64,000 nucleotides of DNA from an uncultured Chloroflexia bacterium (GCA_963720755.1 CAVRGP010000015.1:384001-448000), one strand, 5' to 3'. Numbered from the stretch's first letter, positions 39,092 to 49,569 are shown. Notes: generated by a model from the sequence alone, not told the origin. A program made the numbers and translations.

Positions 39092-40567
39092 ATGACTGAC
39101 CAGGAACCGCCTGACTGGGCGCTCCCGAGCTGGGACGCGATCACGTCCACTCCAGGCAGCCCGAGCGGGCCGATCGGCATCAGGATCCTCGGCGTCAGCG
39201 AGGTCACCCGCGCGATCCGGGGGGCCGTCCGGGCGGATCCCCGGCTGGTCGACCTGTGGGTCGAGGGCGAGATCGGCCGGGTCACGATCTCCTCCGCGGG
39301 CCACGGCTATTTCGCACTCAAGGATGAGCGAAGCCAGCTTCAATGCGTCTGGTTCCGCGATCAGCGCTTACGATCCGCCTTCGAGGCCCAGGCGGGGTTG
39401 CGTGTCGTGGCCCATGGCCGGATCGACCTGTTCGAGCCCCAGGGCGCCTTGCAGCTGTACGTCGAGTCGATCCAGCCGGCGGGTCTCGGCGACCTGACCC
39501 TGCGGTTCGAGGCGTTGAAGGCTCGACTGGCCGCCGAGGGACTCTTCGACACTGCTCGCAAACGTCCGTTGCCGGACCGACCCGCCACGATCGCGGTCAT
39601 CACCAGTCCGAGTGGGGCCGTGTGGAAGGACATCTGCCACGTCCTGGCAAGACGCTGGCCGCTGGCCCGGGTCGTGCTGGTGGCCGCACGGGTCCAGGGG
39701 GACGGGGCACCAGCGAGCCTGGTCGGAGCGCTCCGCCGGGTCGAGCGGCACGCCGCGGAACGAATCGCCGCGGGTCGGCCGGCCGAGGCGCCCGCGATCA
39801 CGATCATCGCCCGGGGCGGTGGATCGCTGGAGGACCTGTGGGCGTTCAATGACGAAGCGGTCGTTCGCGCCGTGGTCGGCCACAGCCTGCCGGTCATCAG
39901 CGGGGTCGGTCACGAAGTGGACGTGACCCTGACCGATTTCGCCGCCGACGTGCGCGCCCCGACGCCGTCGGCGGCGGCGGAGATCGCGGTGCCCGATCGG
40001 ATCGAGTTCATCGCTACCGTCCGGGACGGCCGCCGCCGCCTCGACCGAGCGATCTCGGCGCGACTCAGCGCCACCGCTCAGGGTGTCTCCGCCGAACGAC
40101 GGGCGCTGGATCGACTCAGCCCGATGGCCCAGCTTGCGAGCGCACGTGAGCGGATCGGCCACCTCATCGACCGGGCGACCCGAGCCGTGGACAGCGAGGT
40201 CTCAGCGCGCCGCCGGCGGCACGACAGCCTGGCGATCCGCCTGACGCCGACCCTGCCGGCGCGTCTCCTCCACGACCGCACCCGCCTCGAACGCTCCGAC
40301 GGCCTCGATGCTCTTGCCGTCCGGCGCCTCGCCGGTTCGCGAGGCGCGCTCGCGTCGACTAGCGCCGCCCTGGCCGTCCTCGGTCCACAGGCGACGCTGG
40401 ATCGAGGGTATGCCATCGTCCGGATCGCGGCGGACGGTCGGATCGTGCGACGCCCTGACGATGCCCCGGCCGGCACCCATCTCGCGCTTCGGGTGGCCGG
40501 TGGCGACCTGCCCGCCACCGTCGACCGGGTCGACAGGCCCGGGCCGGGCTCGCGGGATCGCGTCTGA
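39092..40567 (+). CDS. xseA: Exodeoxyribonuclease VII large subunit
   Basis: WVEGEI, GHGYFALKD, VITSPSGA, ARGGGSLEDLWAFNDE, GVGHEVD, APTPSAAAE. Confidence 0.95.
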   Translation: MTDQEPPDWALPSWDAITSTPGSPSGPIGIRILGVSEVTRAIRGAVRADPRLVDLWVEGEIGRVTISSAGHGYFALKDERSQLQCVWFRDQRLRSAFEAQAGLRVVAHGRIDLFEPQGALQLYVESIQPAGLGDLTLRFEALKARLAAEGLFDTARKRPLPDRPATIAVITSPSGAVWKDICHVLARRWPLARVVLVAARVQGDGAPASLVGALRRVERHAAERIAAGRPAEAPAITIIARGGGSLEDLWAFNDEAVVRAVVGHSLPVISGVGHEVDVTLTDFAADVRAPTPSAAAEIAVPDRIEFIATVRDGRRRLDRAISARLSATAQGVSAERRALDRLSPMAQLASARERIGHLIDRATRAVDSEVSARRRRHDSLAIRLTPTLPARLLHDRTRLERSDGLDALAVRRLAGSRGALASTSAALAVLGPQATLDRGYAIVRIAADGRIVRRPDDAPAGTHLALRVAGGDLPATVDRVDRPGPGSRDRV

Positions 40568-40568
40568 C

Positions 40569-40715
40569 GTGGACCTGGCGATCTCGGCCGTGGTCTTCCT
40601 GGTCGTCGTTGCGGTCGTGGTCCTGGCCGGAGTCGGACTTGGTATGCTCCTCGCCCGACGCATCGACCGGTTCACCGAACCGAAGGACGAGGCTGACCGT
40701 GCCGACGACGACTGA
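40569..40715 (+). CDS. Small single-TM protein (48 aa) between xseA and xseB
   Basis: GTG 1 nt after xseA stop; MDLAISAVVFLVVVAVVVLAGVGLGMLLARR then acidic tail. Confidence 0.6.
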   Translation: MDLAISAVVFLVVVAVVVLAGVGLGMLLARRIDRFTEPKDEADRADDD

Positions 40716-40974
40716 CCCGAAGATCGAGACGCTGACCTTCGACGACGCCCTGGCGGAGCTGCAGCGGGTGGTGGCGGAACTCGAAGCCGGTGGACAGCCG
40801 CTGGAGGCGGCGATCACCCTGTACGAGCGCGGTGTGGCACTCCAGGCTCGCTGTGAGGCGCTGCTCGGGGATGCTGAACTCCGGGTCCAGCAATTGGTTG
40901 CCCGGGCCGGTGGCGCGCTCGAGACACGCGACGTCCAGCCGGACGAAGCGACGGAGGACACATCCGGCGGGTAG
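40699..40974 (+). CDS. xseB: Exodeoxyribonuclease VII small subunit
   Basis: LTFDDALAELQRVVAELEAG..PLEAAITLYERG; GAGG before GTG 40699. Confidence 0.92.
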   Translation: MPTTTDPKIETLTFDDALAELQRVVAELEAGGQPLEAAITLYERGVALQARCEALLGDAELRVQQLVARAGGALETRDVQPDEATEDTSGG

Positions 40975-41159
40975 CCTGCAGGGACCTGCCGATCGTCATC
41001 GCGACCGGGCTAAAACAAGCGACCTCCAGCGGACAGGTTTACACTGCGGCTGGATCCCGGACCGACGGCTCGTCGGCCGATCCATCACACACGCGACGGT
41101 CGATCCGTCCCCGCAGAACGAGCCGGCCACCCGCCGATCCGACCCAGGAGCACCCGAAC

Positions 41160-43148
41160 GTGCCGATCCTTCCTTCGATCCAGGACCCTGCCGATCTCCG
41201 CGGACTTGACGAGGAGGAGCTGGCCCAACTGGCCGGTGAGATCCGCGAGACGATCATCCGGACCGTCGCGAGCACCGGCGGCCACCTCGGCTCGTCGCTC
41301 GGGGTCGTCGAGCTGACGATCGCCCTCCATCGGCTGCTCGAGTCACCGCGGGATCGGATCGTCTGGGACACCGGACATCAGGCCTACCCACACAAGCTCC
41401 TGACCGGCCGTCTTGAGCGATTCGGGACGCTCCGCCAACTCGACGGGGTCGGCGGCTTCCCTCGACGCTCGGAGTCCGCTCACGACGTCTTCGACGGGGG
41501 CCACGCCGGGACCGGCCTGTCCATCGCCGAAGGCCTGGCCGAAGCTCGCGATCTGCGCCACGGGTTGGAACGCATCGCGGTCGTCGTTGGGGATGCTGCG
41601 CTGATGAGCGGCCTGTCGCTGGAAGCGTTGAACGACATCGGCCATCGTCAGAGCCAGATGCTGATCGTCGTCAACGACAACGAGATGTCGATCAGCCCGA
41701 CGGTCGGAGCCTTCTCGAAGTACCTGTCCGAGATCAAGCTGTCGAGCGCCTGGAGACACGGCAAGAGTGCCTACGACCGAACCGTGGAGCGGATCCCGGT
41801 GGTCGGCCCGACCATCCTCGAACTCAGTCAGCGCCTGCGTCGATCGGTGGTCAACTTCGCCCAGCCAGGGCAATTGTTCGAGGACCTCGGGATCACCTAC
41901 ATCGGCGTCGTGCCGGGGCATGACCTGCATGCCCTGTTGGAGACCCTGGGTCGGGCGATCGAGCTTCCCGGCCCGACGATCGTCCACGTGCGGACGCAGA
42001 AGGGTCGAGGCTTCCGTCCTGCCGAACGGGATCAGGTCGCGTTCCATGGCGCCGCCCTCCCTCCGATGGCCATGGCTGCCGATCCCGGCCTGCCGATCCC
42101 GGCCGAATCGATGAGCGACGATGCCGCCCCCCCGACGGTCGCCCCGGGGCCGCTGGTCAACCACCCGAACTACACGGCCGTGTTCGCGGCGGAACTCGTC
42201 GAGATGGCCAGGACGGACCGTCGGATCGTCGGGATCACCGCGGGCATGCCGACGGGTACGGGGATGGCTCGCTTCCAGGCCGAGTATCCGGATCGGATGT
42301 TCGACGTCGGGATCGCCGAGCAGCACTCCGTGGCACTCGCGACGGGGCTGGCCCTCGGCGGGCTTCGCCCGGTCGTGGCGCTGTATTCCACGTTCCTGCA
42401 GCGTGCTTTCGACCAGACGGTCCACGACGTCTGTCAGAACGACCAGCCGGTCCTCATCGCGGTGGATCGCTCGGGCCTCGTCGGGGAGGACGGCACCAGT
42501 CACCAGGGGATGTTCACCCTCCCGGCGCAGCGGCAGGTTCCCAATCTGGTGATCGCCTCGCCGAAGGATGAGCAGGAGCTCCGGTCGCTGCTCCGGACCG
42601 CACTGTCGCAGGACCACCCGTTCGCCCTGCACTATCCGCGCGATCCTGGGTTCGGACTGGCCCCGGTCGTGCCGGAGATCCTCCCGGTCGGACGCGGCGA
42701 ACTGCTGCGCGAGGGCCGAGACCTGTTGTTCGTCGGGTTCGGACCGATCGTCGCCCGGGCGATGGCCGCTGCGGACCTGCTGGAGGCGGAGGGGTGGTCG
42801 GTCGGCGTGATCAACGCACGCTACGCGAAGCCACTCGATCGGCAGCTCATCCTCGATCAGGCACGCGGCAAACGGATGGTCGCGACGTTCGAGGAGAGCA
42901 TCGTCACCGGCGGCTTCGGGAGCGGCATCCTGGAGCTCGTGGAAGAGGCCCGACTGGCCGATCCCGCCTACCGCGACCTGTCGGTCCGGGTCATCGGCAT
43001 CCCGGGCGATCGGTTCGTCGACCACGGTTCGGTCACCGACCTCCGACGGGTCCTGCGCCTCGACGCGGACGGTCTTGCCGCCCAGGTCCGGGAGGCTCTC
43101 GAGACGCTGCGCGCCACGCCCGGCCGATCCGAGGTCGCCGCCGGCTGA
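41160..43148 (+). CDS. dxs: 1-deoxy-D-xylulose-5-phosphate synthase
   Basis: GGHLGSSLG, WDTGHQAYPHK, GDAA..NDN, DVGIAEQH, YSTFLQRA, DGTSHQG. Confidence 0.96.
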   Translation: MPILPSIQDPADLRGLDEEELAQLAGEIRETIIRTVASTGGHLGSSLGVVELTIALHRLLESPRDRIVWDTGHQAYPHKLLTGRLERFGTLRQLDGVGGFPRRSESAHDVFDGGHAGTGLSIAEGLAEARDLRHGLERIAVVVGDAALMSGLSLEALNDIGHRQSQMLIVVNDNEMSISPTVGAFSKYLSEIKLSSAWRHGKSAYDRTVERIPVVGPTILELSQRLRRSVVNFAQPGQLFEDLGITYIGVVPGHDLHALLETLGRAIELPGPTIVHVRTQKGRGFRPAERDQVAFHGAALPPMAMAADPGLPIPAESMSDDAAPPTVAPGPLVNHPNYTAVFAAELVEMARTDRRIVGITAGMPTGTGMARFQAEYPDRMFDVGIAEQHSVALATGLALGGLRPVVALYSTFLQRAFDQTVHDVCQNDQPVLIAVDRSGLVGEDGTSHQGMFTLPAQRQVPNLVIASPKDEQELRSLLRTALSQDHPFALHYPRDPGFGLAPVVPEILPVGRGELLREGRDLLFVGFGPIVARAMAAADLLEAEGWSVGVINARYAKPLDRQLILDQARGKRMVATFEESIVTGGFGSGILELVEEARLADPAYRDLSVRVIGIPGDRFVDHGSVTDLRRVLRLDADGLAAQVREALETLRATPGRSEVAAG

Positions 43149-43217
43149 ACGGGCAACGGCCCGTGTGACCGAGCGTCCGGTACGTACCGGTGGACCCGGC
43201 TGTGCCACGATAGGGGC

Positions 43218-44036
43218 GTGACGACGTCTCGGGCTGCTCGCGTCCGTCTCGATCAACTTCTGGTCGAGCGTGGATTCGCGCCGACTCGCAGCCGGGCCCA
43301 GGCGCTCGTCATGGCCGGCAAGGTCAGGGTGGGGGAGGGCGATGCCGCCCGTGGTGACCGAAAGCCGGGCGACCTCATCGCAGCGGACACTCCCGTGGCG
43401 GTCAGCGAACCCGAGCCGTACGTCAGCCGTGGCGGCTACAAACTGGCGGCCGCCCTCGATGCCTTCGGGATCGACCCGGCCGGCCTTGTCGGCCTCGACG
43501 TCGGCGCGTCGACCGGTGGCTTCACCGACGTGCTGTTGCAGCGCGGTGCGACGCGCGTCTACGCTCTTGACGTGGGCCGCGGACAACTCGTCGATGCCTT
43601 GCGCCGCGATGGGCGGGTCGTCTCGATGGAGCGGACCAATGCCCGGTCGTTGACCTCGACGAGCCTCCCCGAACCCGTCGATCTGGCCACGATCGACGTC
43701 TCGTTCATCTCGCTCGACAAGATCCTAGGCCCGGTCGTTTCGACCCTGCGACCGGGGCCAACGCAGCACATCGTCGCGCTGGTCAAACCGCAGTTCGAAG
43801 CAGGACGTGGGCGGACCGATCACGGCGTCGTGCGCGACCCGGCGGTCCATCGGGAGGTCCTCGAGCGGACGATCGCCGCGGCCCGGGTCCACGGACTCGG
43901 GACCCGGGGGCTCATCGCATCCCCGATCACCGGCCCGGAGGGCAATCGCGAATTCCTGGTCGATCTGGCGTTCGGACCAGGCTGCGCCGAGATCGGCGAT
44001 CGGATCGCCACCGCCCTGGAGGCGCCGGCCCGATGA
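43218..44036 (+). CDS. tlyA: TlyA rRNA 2'-O-methyltransferase
   Basis: S4 RLDQLL, YVSRGGYKL, DVGASTGGFTD, DVSFISL, LVKPQFE, GNREF. Confidence 0.95.
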   Translation: MTTSRAARVRLDQLLVERGFAPTRSRAQALVMAGKVRVGEGDAARGDRKPGDLIAADTPVAVSEPEPYVSRGGYKLAAALDAFGIDPAGLVGLDVGASTGGFTDVLLQRGATRVYALDVGRGQLVDALRRDGRVVSMERTNARSLTSTSLPEPVDLATIDVSFISLDKILGPVVSTLRPGPTQHIVALVKPQFEAGRGRTDHGVVRDPAVHREVLERTIAAARVHGLGTRGLIASPITGPEGNREFLVDLAFGPGCAEIGDRIATALEAPAR

Positions 44037-44878
44037 CCGTGAAGCGCATCGGTTTCGCCTACAACCCGACGATCGATGCCGCCGTGGAGCTGAGTGCCCG
44101 GGCGGCGGGCTGGTGCGAGGTCCGAGGGATCGCCGAGTGGGAGCTGCCGTCCGGCGACACCGACCGCCTCATCCACGAACTGGCCACGACGGACGTGCTG
44201 GTCGTCCTCGGCGGCGACGGAACGTTCCTGCGGGCCGCTCGCGCGGTCGCCGATGTGGATGTCCCGCTGCTCGGGATCAACCTGGGCAAGGTCGGCTTCC
44301 TTTCGAAGGCAGAGGCCGGTGATCTCGACGAAGTCCTCGGATTGATCGTGGCCGGCGAGTACCGGATCGAGGAGCGGATGGTCATGGAGGCGCAGATCAT
44401 GCGCGGTGGGGCGGCTACCCGGACGGAGCGCCTTGTCGCGCTCAACGACGTGGTCGTCGCTCGCGGGGCACTCGCCCGGGTCTGCCGGCTCGATGTCGCC
44501 ATCGACGATACCCATCTGGCCACGTTCATCGCGGACGGGCTCGTCGTGGCCAGCCCGACCGGTTCGACCGGCTACTCCTTCTCGGCAGGAGGGCCGATCC
44601 TCGACCCGAGCGCGCGCAATCTGATCGTCACCCCCATCGCCGCCTATCTGTCGTCCATCCGGTCCGTGGTCGTCGGGCCGAGCCAGGTGGTTCGCTGCAC
44701 GGTGGTCGACGCCTTCGAGGCGCTCATCTCCGTCGATGGTCGAGAGGACCTTCGGCTCGATGTCGGCGACGTCGTCGAGGTCCGCGCGGTCGAACGTCCG
44801 ATCCGCCTCATCGAACCGGCGGGCGCCAGGCCCTTCTGGGATCTGCTTCGCCAGAAGGTGGCGCTCCTGCCGACGTGA
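44033..44878 (+). CDS. nadK: NAD kinase
   Basis: GGDGTFL, GINLGKVGFL, ALND, DGLVVASPTGSTGYSFSAGG. Confidence 0.95.
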   Translation: MTVKRIGFAYNPTIDAAVELSARAAGWCEVRGIAEWELPSGDTDRLIHELATTDVLVVLGGDGTFLRAARAVADVDVPLLGINLGKVGFLSKAEAGDLDEVLGLIVAGEYRIEERMVMEAQIMRGGAATRTERLVALNDVVVARGALARVCRLDVAIDDTHLATFIADGLVVASPTGSTGYSFSAGGPILDPSARNLIVTPIAAYLSSIRSVVVGPSQVVRCTVVDAFEALISVDGREDLRLDVGDVVEVRAVERPIRLIEPAGARPFWDLLRQKVALLPT

Positions 44879-46587
44879 ACGGATCTGCGACGCCGACCGG
44901 CCGGCTGCTCGAGCTGACGGTCCAGGATCTGGCCCTCATCGATCGCCTCCGGCTGCGGTTCGACCCCGGTTTCAACGTCATCACCGGCGAGACCGGCGCG
45001 GGCAAGAGCCTGTTGATCGATTCGCTCGGATTGATCCGCGGAGCACGAGCCGATACCGGGGTGATCCGGCATGGTGCGGAGACGGCTCGGGTGGAGGCAC
45101 TCTTCGATCGACTTCCGGAGCCACTCATCGCCGTTCGCGAGGTGGCCGCCAACGGGCGCTCGACGGCTCGGCTGGACGATGTGGCGACGACGGCCTCGCG
45201 CCTGGCGGACGAGGTCGGCCCGCTCATCGAGATCCATGGGCAGCACGATCAACAACGATTGCTGGACGAACGCTGGCAGCGCGATCTGCTTGATGCCTTC
45301 GGCCGCCACGGGCCGCTCCGAGCCGCCATGGCCGACGCGGTCCAACGCTACCGAGCCAACGAGGCGGCCCTCGCCGAGCTGGCCATCGACCCGGCGGCGC
45401 TGGCCCGGCGCGTCGACCTGCTCGAATACGAGGTCGCGGAGATCGAGGAAGCGCGACTCCAGCCGGGTGAGGCCGAGTCGATCCGCGCGCGTCTCGAGGC
45501 TGCCCAGCATGCCGAGTCGATCGCGCGTGGAGCGGCGGCCGTCCGCGACGCACTCAGCGCGGAGGGGTCCGGCGCGCGGGAGTCCACGGCGATCGCCGTC
45601 CGCGAGGCGCGCGGCCTGTCGAAGGTGGATCCGCGCTTCGCCACGGCGGCAGAACGGCTGGCCGGTCTGGAGGCCGAACTGGACGATGTCGCCGCGGAGA
45701 TCCGCGGGTTGGTGGACGGGATCGACCACGACCCGGTCGCGATCGCTGCCCTGGAGACTCGACTCGGTGCGATCTACGCGCTCGAACGCCGGTATGGTGA
45801 AGGGGAAGCAACGGTCATCGCGCACGGGCAGCAGGCGGCCGCAGAACTCGAACGTCTCCGTGATCTCGACGGCGAGCGGGCACGACGTCAGGGCGAGGCG
45901 GCGTTGCTGCTGACCAGCGTCGCGAACGCCGCTGCCGATCTGTCCCGGTCTCGGCACGATGCCGGGCGCGAACTCTCGGGCGCCGTGGGTGGTGTTCTCG
46001 AAGAGCTCGGGTTCCCAGCCGGTGTGTTCGAGGTCTGGCTTGGCCGACGACCCGCGGGCGAGGATGAGGCGGCGATCGAGCTCGATGGCGACGCGGTCGC
46101 GTTCGACGCCAGTGGTGCCGACTCGATCGTCTTCCAGCTTGCGCCAAATCCCGGCGAGCCCGCCAGGCCGCTTGCCCGGATCGCTTCGGGCGGGGAACTG
46201 TCGCGCGTCGCCCTGGCCGTCAAGCGGGTGGTGGCCGAGGCGGACGAGACACCGGTCCTGGTCTTCGATGAAGTCGACACCGGGATCGGTGGACGAAGCG
46301 GGGATCCGGTCGGGCGCAGCCTGTGGGCACTCGCCCGTCGCCACCAGGTCCTGTGCGTCACCCATCTGCCCCAGATCGCCGCCCATGCCGACGCGCACTA
46401 TCGGATCGCGAAGCGGGAGCGGGATGGCCGGACCGTCACCGAGATCACCGAGCTGGATCGGGAAGGCCGGATCACCGAGCTCGCCCAGATGCTCGGTGGA
46501 TCGGGCGGGACGACGGCGCTGGCGACCGCGCGGGAACTGCTCGATCGTGCCGACGCGTGGCGGGTCGGGATGGCCGCGACGGGTTGA
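44875..46587 (+). CDS. recN: DNA repair protein RecN
   Basis: ITGETGAGKS, IHGQH, ASGGELSR, FDEVDTG, VTHLPQIA. Confidence 0.95.
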   Translation: MNGSATPTGRLLELTVQDLALIDRLRLRFDPGFNVITGETGAGKSLLIDSLGLIRGARADTGVIRHGAETARVEALFDRLPEPLIAVREVAANGRSTARLDDVATTASRLADEVGPLIEIHGQHDQQRLLDERWQRDLLDAFGRHGPLRAAMADAVQRYRANEAALAELAIDPAALARRVDLLEYEVAEIEEARLQPGEAESIRARLEAAQHAESIARGAAAVRDALSAEGSGARESTAIAVREARGLSKVDPRFATAAERLAGLEAELDDVAAEIRGLVDGIDHDPVAIAALETRLGAIYALERRYGEGEATVIAHGQQAAAELERLRDLDGERARRQGEAALLLTSVANAAADLSRSRHDAGRELSGAVGGVLEELGFPAGVFEVWLGRRPAGEDEAAIELDGDAVAFDASGADSIVFQLAPNPGEPARPLARIASGGELSRVALAVKRVVAEADETPVLVFDEVDTGIGGRSGDPVGRSLWALARRHQVLCVTHLPQIAAHADAHYRIAKRERDGRTVTEITELDREGRITELAQMLGGSGGTTALATARELLDRADAWRVGMAATG

Positions 46588-46597
46588 GGCCCCGCCC

Positions 46598-47542
46598 ATG
46601 CCCGACCTCGACACGGTCATCGACGACTACTTGACCTACCTCGACGTGGAGCGCGGCCTCGCCCCGGCGACCATCCGGGCCTATCGGGCGGACCTTCGCG
46701 ATTACGAGGCGTCGCGCGGCGTTCGCGCGGGGTGGGCCGTGACGCCCGAGACGGCGATCGGGTACCTCGCGACCCGCACGCGCCGTGGCCGCCGCGCCGA
46801 CCCGGGTCTGGCGCCGAGCAGCCTGCGACGCCGGGCGGCCGCCCTGAAGGGGTTCTACCGGTTCGCCTACGGCGAGGGTGTCATCACCGCCGACATCGCT
46901 GCACACCTGGACCTGCCCCGGCCGTCGCGGATGTTGCCGGAGACGTTGACGATCGACGAGGTCGAGCGCCTCCTCGAGGCGACCGGCGCAGCACCGGACG
47001 CCGCGGAGGATCAGGGTGCGACCCGGGCCGTGCGCGACCGGGCGCTGCTCGAACTGCTGTACGCCGCCGGCCTGCGGATCAGCGAGGCGACCGGCCTCGA
47101 CCGTGAGGACCTGTCCGTGGACGGATCATTCGTCCGGGTCATCGGCAAGGGCGATAAGGAGCGACTCGTCCCGATCGGAGATGTCGCGCTCGACTGGCTC
47201 GGTCGCTGGATAGCCGGACCACGGGTCGGGCTGATCGCTCTCCATCACGTGGCGCCGCTTCGGGGCGGGCCGTTGTTCCTCGGCGATCGAGGGGGCCGGC
47301 TTGCCCGCCAGCAGGCGTGGGCAGCGGTCAAGCGAGCGGCGGATGCTGCCGGCCTGGGAGGTCGTGTCAGCCCGCACACGTTGCGCCATTCGTTCGCCAC
47401 CCACCTGCTGGAGGGAGGAGCCGATCTGCGCATCGTCCAGGAGTTGCTCGGTCATGCGAGTATCACCACGACGCAGCTCTACACGCACCTGACCGGGGAA
47501 CGGATCCGAGACGTCTACAGTCGGGCCCACCCACGAGCCTGA
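46598..47542 (+). CDS. xerD: Tyrosine recombinase XerD-like
   Basis: [49 protein letters not shown]. Confidence 0.85.
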   Translation: MPDLDTVIDDYLTYLDVERGLAPATIRAYRADLRDYEASRGVRAGWAVTPETAIGYLATRTRRGRRADPGLAPSSLRRRAAALKGFYRFAYGEGVITADIAAHLDLPRPSRMLPETLTIDEVERLLEATGAAPDAAEDQGATRAVRDRALLELLYAAGLRISEATGLDREDLSVDGSFVRVIGKGDKERLVPIGDVALDWLGRWIAGPRVGLIALHHVAPLRGGPLFLGDRGGRLARQQAWAAVKRAADAAGLGGRVSPHTLRHSFATHLLEGGADLRIVQELLGHASITTTQLYTHLTGERIRDVYSRAHPRA

Positions 47543-47558
47543 GGAGGCACCTGCCAGC

Positions 47559-48365
47559 ATGAGTTACGCCGACGGCCTTCTGTCCAAGGGCGAGCAGATC
47601 CTCCACCGGAACAAGCAGCACCCGTTCATCTTCATCTGGGGCGCCCGCTATACCATCCTGGCGCTCGTCATCGCGATCGTCATGTTCTGGGTCGGTGGCA
47701 ATCTCGGCCCGGACGGCGTCTCCGGGACCCTCCGGAACGTCCTCGGCTGGATCACGGCCATCCTGTTCTTCGGCGGCATCGCGGTGGCGATCTGGACGGG
47801 TCTTCGCTACGTCAACCAGGAATACGTCCTGACCAACCGGCGGGTCATCCAGGTCGAGGGTGTCCTGAACCGGACGGCGAATGACAGTTCGCTCGAGAAG
47901 ATCAACGACGCGGTCCTGAGCCAATCCATCTTCGGCCGGATGTTCGACTTCGGTGACCTCACGGTCCTGACGGCGTCGGAGAGCGGGATCGACAAGATGC
48001 GGATGATCCGCGGCCCGATCGACTTCAAGAAGCGGATGCTCGACGCCAAGCACGACTACGAGGTCGATATGGAGCGGGCCGGCTGGGCGCCGACGCCACC
48101 GATCCGCGAAGGTGGCCCGGCGGGATCGGGCCCGGGACCTGGTCCGTCGGTCGCGCCGTCGCCGGCGGGGACGTTTCCGGCGCCCGCCGCGGCGACACCG
48201 GTCAGCGCGCCGCCGTCTCCGGCTCCGGCATCGGCTGCGACTCCCAGCAACGACCCCGATGACGTGACCCGGACGCTCGCCAGCCTCGCGGATCTACGCG
48301 ACCGTGGCGCCATCACGACCGAGGAATACGACCGCAAGAAGGCGGAGCTGCTCGGGCGTTTGTAG
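47559..48365 (+). CDS. Membrane protein with bacterial PH (bPH_2) domain and C-terminal SHOCT
   Basis: AGGAGG RBS; 2 TM; YVLTNRRVI..GRMFDFGDL; LADLRDRGAITTEEY. Confidence 0.82.
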   Translation: MSYADGLLSKGEQILHRNKQHPFIFIWGARYTILALVIAIVMFWVGGNLGPDGVSGTLRNVLGWITAILFFGGIAVAIWTGLRYVNQEYVLTNRRVIQVEGVLNRTANDSSLEKINDAVLSQSIFGRMFDFGDLTVLTASESGIDKMRMIRGPIDFKKRMLDAKHDYEVDMERAGWAPTPPIREGGPAGSGPGPGPSVAPSPAGTFPAPAAATPVSAPPSPAPASAATPSNDPDDVTRTLASLADLRDRGAITTEEYDRKKAELLGRL

Positions 48366-48431
48366 TCCCGGACGGCCACCTCGGTCGCAGCCCGGTAGGA
48401 TAGGGGCATTCCCCCATAGCGCAGGTGTCGG

Positions 48432-49100
48432 TTGTCCCTGGATAACATCATCCCCGCGGCGATCGTCGTCGCGATCATGTTGCTGGTCGGCCTGCCCGTC
48501 CACGAATTCAGCCATGCCCTCGTTGCGTTCCGGCTCGGCGACGGCACGGCCAAGCTGTTCGGACGGTTGACGCTCAATCCGGTCGCCCATTTCGATCCGA
48601 TCGGCGGCTCGCTGCTCGCCCTGACCTTCATCGGGTCCGCCGCCAGCGGGTCTGCCTTCGGTTTCGGGTGGGCCAAGCCCACGCCGGTCAATCCACTCAA
48701 CCTCCAGGGAGGGCGCCGCGGTGAGGCGCTGGTGGCGGCAGCCGGGCCGCTGTCGAACCTCATCCTCGCGACAGCGGCCGCGATCCCGCTCCGTTACATG
48801 GTGGCGAACCCCCAGTTGATCGACAGCGTCCCGATGCTCGCCAACATCCTGTCGCTGTTCATCCAGATCAACCTGCTGCTGATGATCTTCAACTTCATCC
48901 CGATCCCGCCGCTCGACGGGTCCAAGGTCATGTTCGCGTTCATGGACCGCCGGACCGAGTACCAGATCCGGCCGTTCCTCGAGCAGTACGGCTTCCTCAT
49001 CCTGATCGCGGTCCTGTTCCTGCCGCCCGGCAATTCGATCGGCGGGCGGATCATCTTCCCGATCCTCGATGGACTCTTTGGCTTCCTGGTGGGCGTCTAG
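48432..49100 (+). CDS. Site-2 protease (M50)
   Basis: HEFSH, GRLTLNP, GWAKP, AAGPLSN, FNFIPIPPLDG. Confidence 0.92.
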   Translation: MSLDNIIPAAIVVAIMLLVGLPVHEFSHALVAFRLGDGTAKLFGRLTLNPVAHFDPIGGSLLALTFIGSAASGSAFGFGWAKPTPVNPLNLQGGRRGEALVAAAGPLSNLILATAAAIPLRYMVANPQLIDSVPMLANILSLFIQINLLLMIFNFIPIPPLDGSKVMFAFMDRRTEYQIRPFLEQYGFLILIAVLFLPPGNSIGGRIIFPILDGLFGFLVGV

Positions 49101-49569
49101 GGCCCGCCAGTTCCGGGCGCATCTCCGGGCCCGTGTGCGACCCGAGGAGCGCGCGGCACTGGTGCCCTGGACGTCGCCCGAGCAGATGGACCTATTCGAT
49201 TCCATGCACGTCGCGGACCGGCGGCATGGCCTCGATGTCGTGACGTCGCTCCGTGCCGAGCGGGTGACCGATCCCGACCTGCTGATCGCCGGTTTGCTGC
49301 ACGACGCCGGCAAGGGAGACACCGGCGTGTGGGCCCGGGTCGCCTACACGCTGGGCGACCGATACGGGGCCTGGATCTGGAGGGTCGCCGGGATGATCCC
49401 CGGCTACCAGGTCGCACTCGAGCGACTGCGCACCCACGCGGAGTCTTCGGCGACCCTGGCTGCGGGTGCCGGGTGCTCGGTCCGGACTGTGGAACTGATC
49501 CGACACCAGGAGGCGCCCACGGATCCGGAGTTCGGTGAATTGCTGCGGACCGCGGACGAGGCCAACTGA
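49069..49569 (+). CDS. HD-domain protein
   Basis: DRRHG, GLLHDAGK, ADEAN; TGATG-coupled to scpA. Confidence 0.75.
   Translation: MDSLASWWASRARQFRAHLRARVRPEERAALVPWTSPEQMDLFDSMHVADRRHGLDVVTSLRAERVTDPDLLIAGLLHDAGKGDTGVWARVAYTLGDRYGAWIWRVAGMIPGYQVALERLRTHAESSATLAAGAGCSVRTVELIRHQEAPTDPEFGELLRTADEAN

Noticed and set aside
40975-41159. TPP riboswitch before dxs
   Set aside because: No CTGAGA core or other TPP consensus; kept only as an unassigned structured leader
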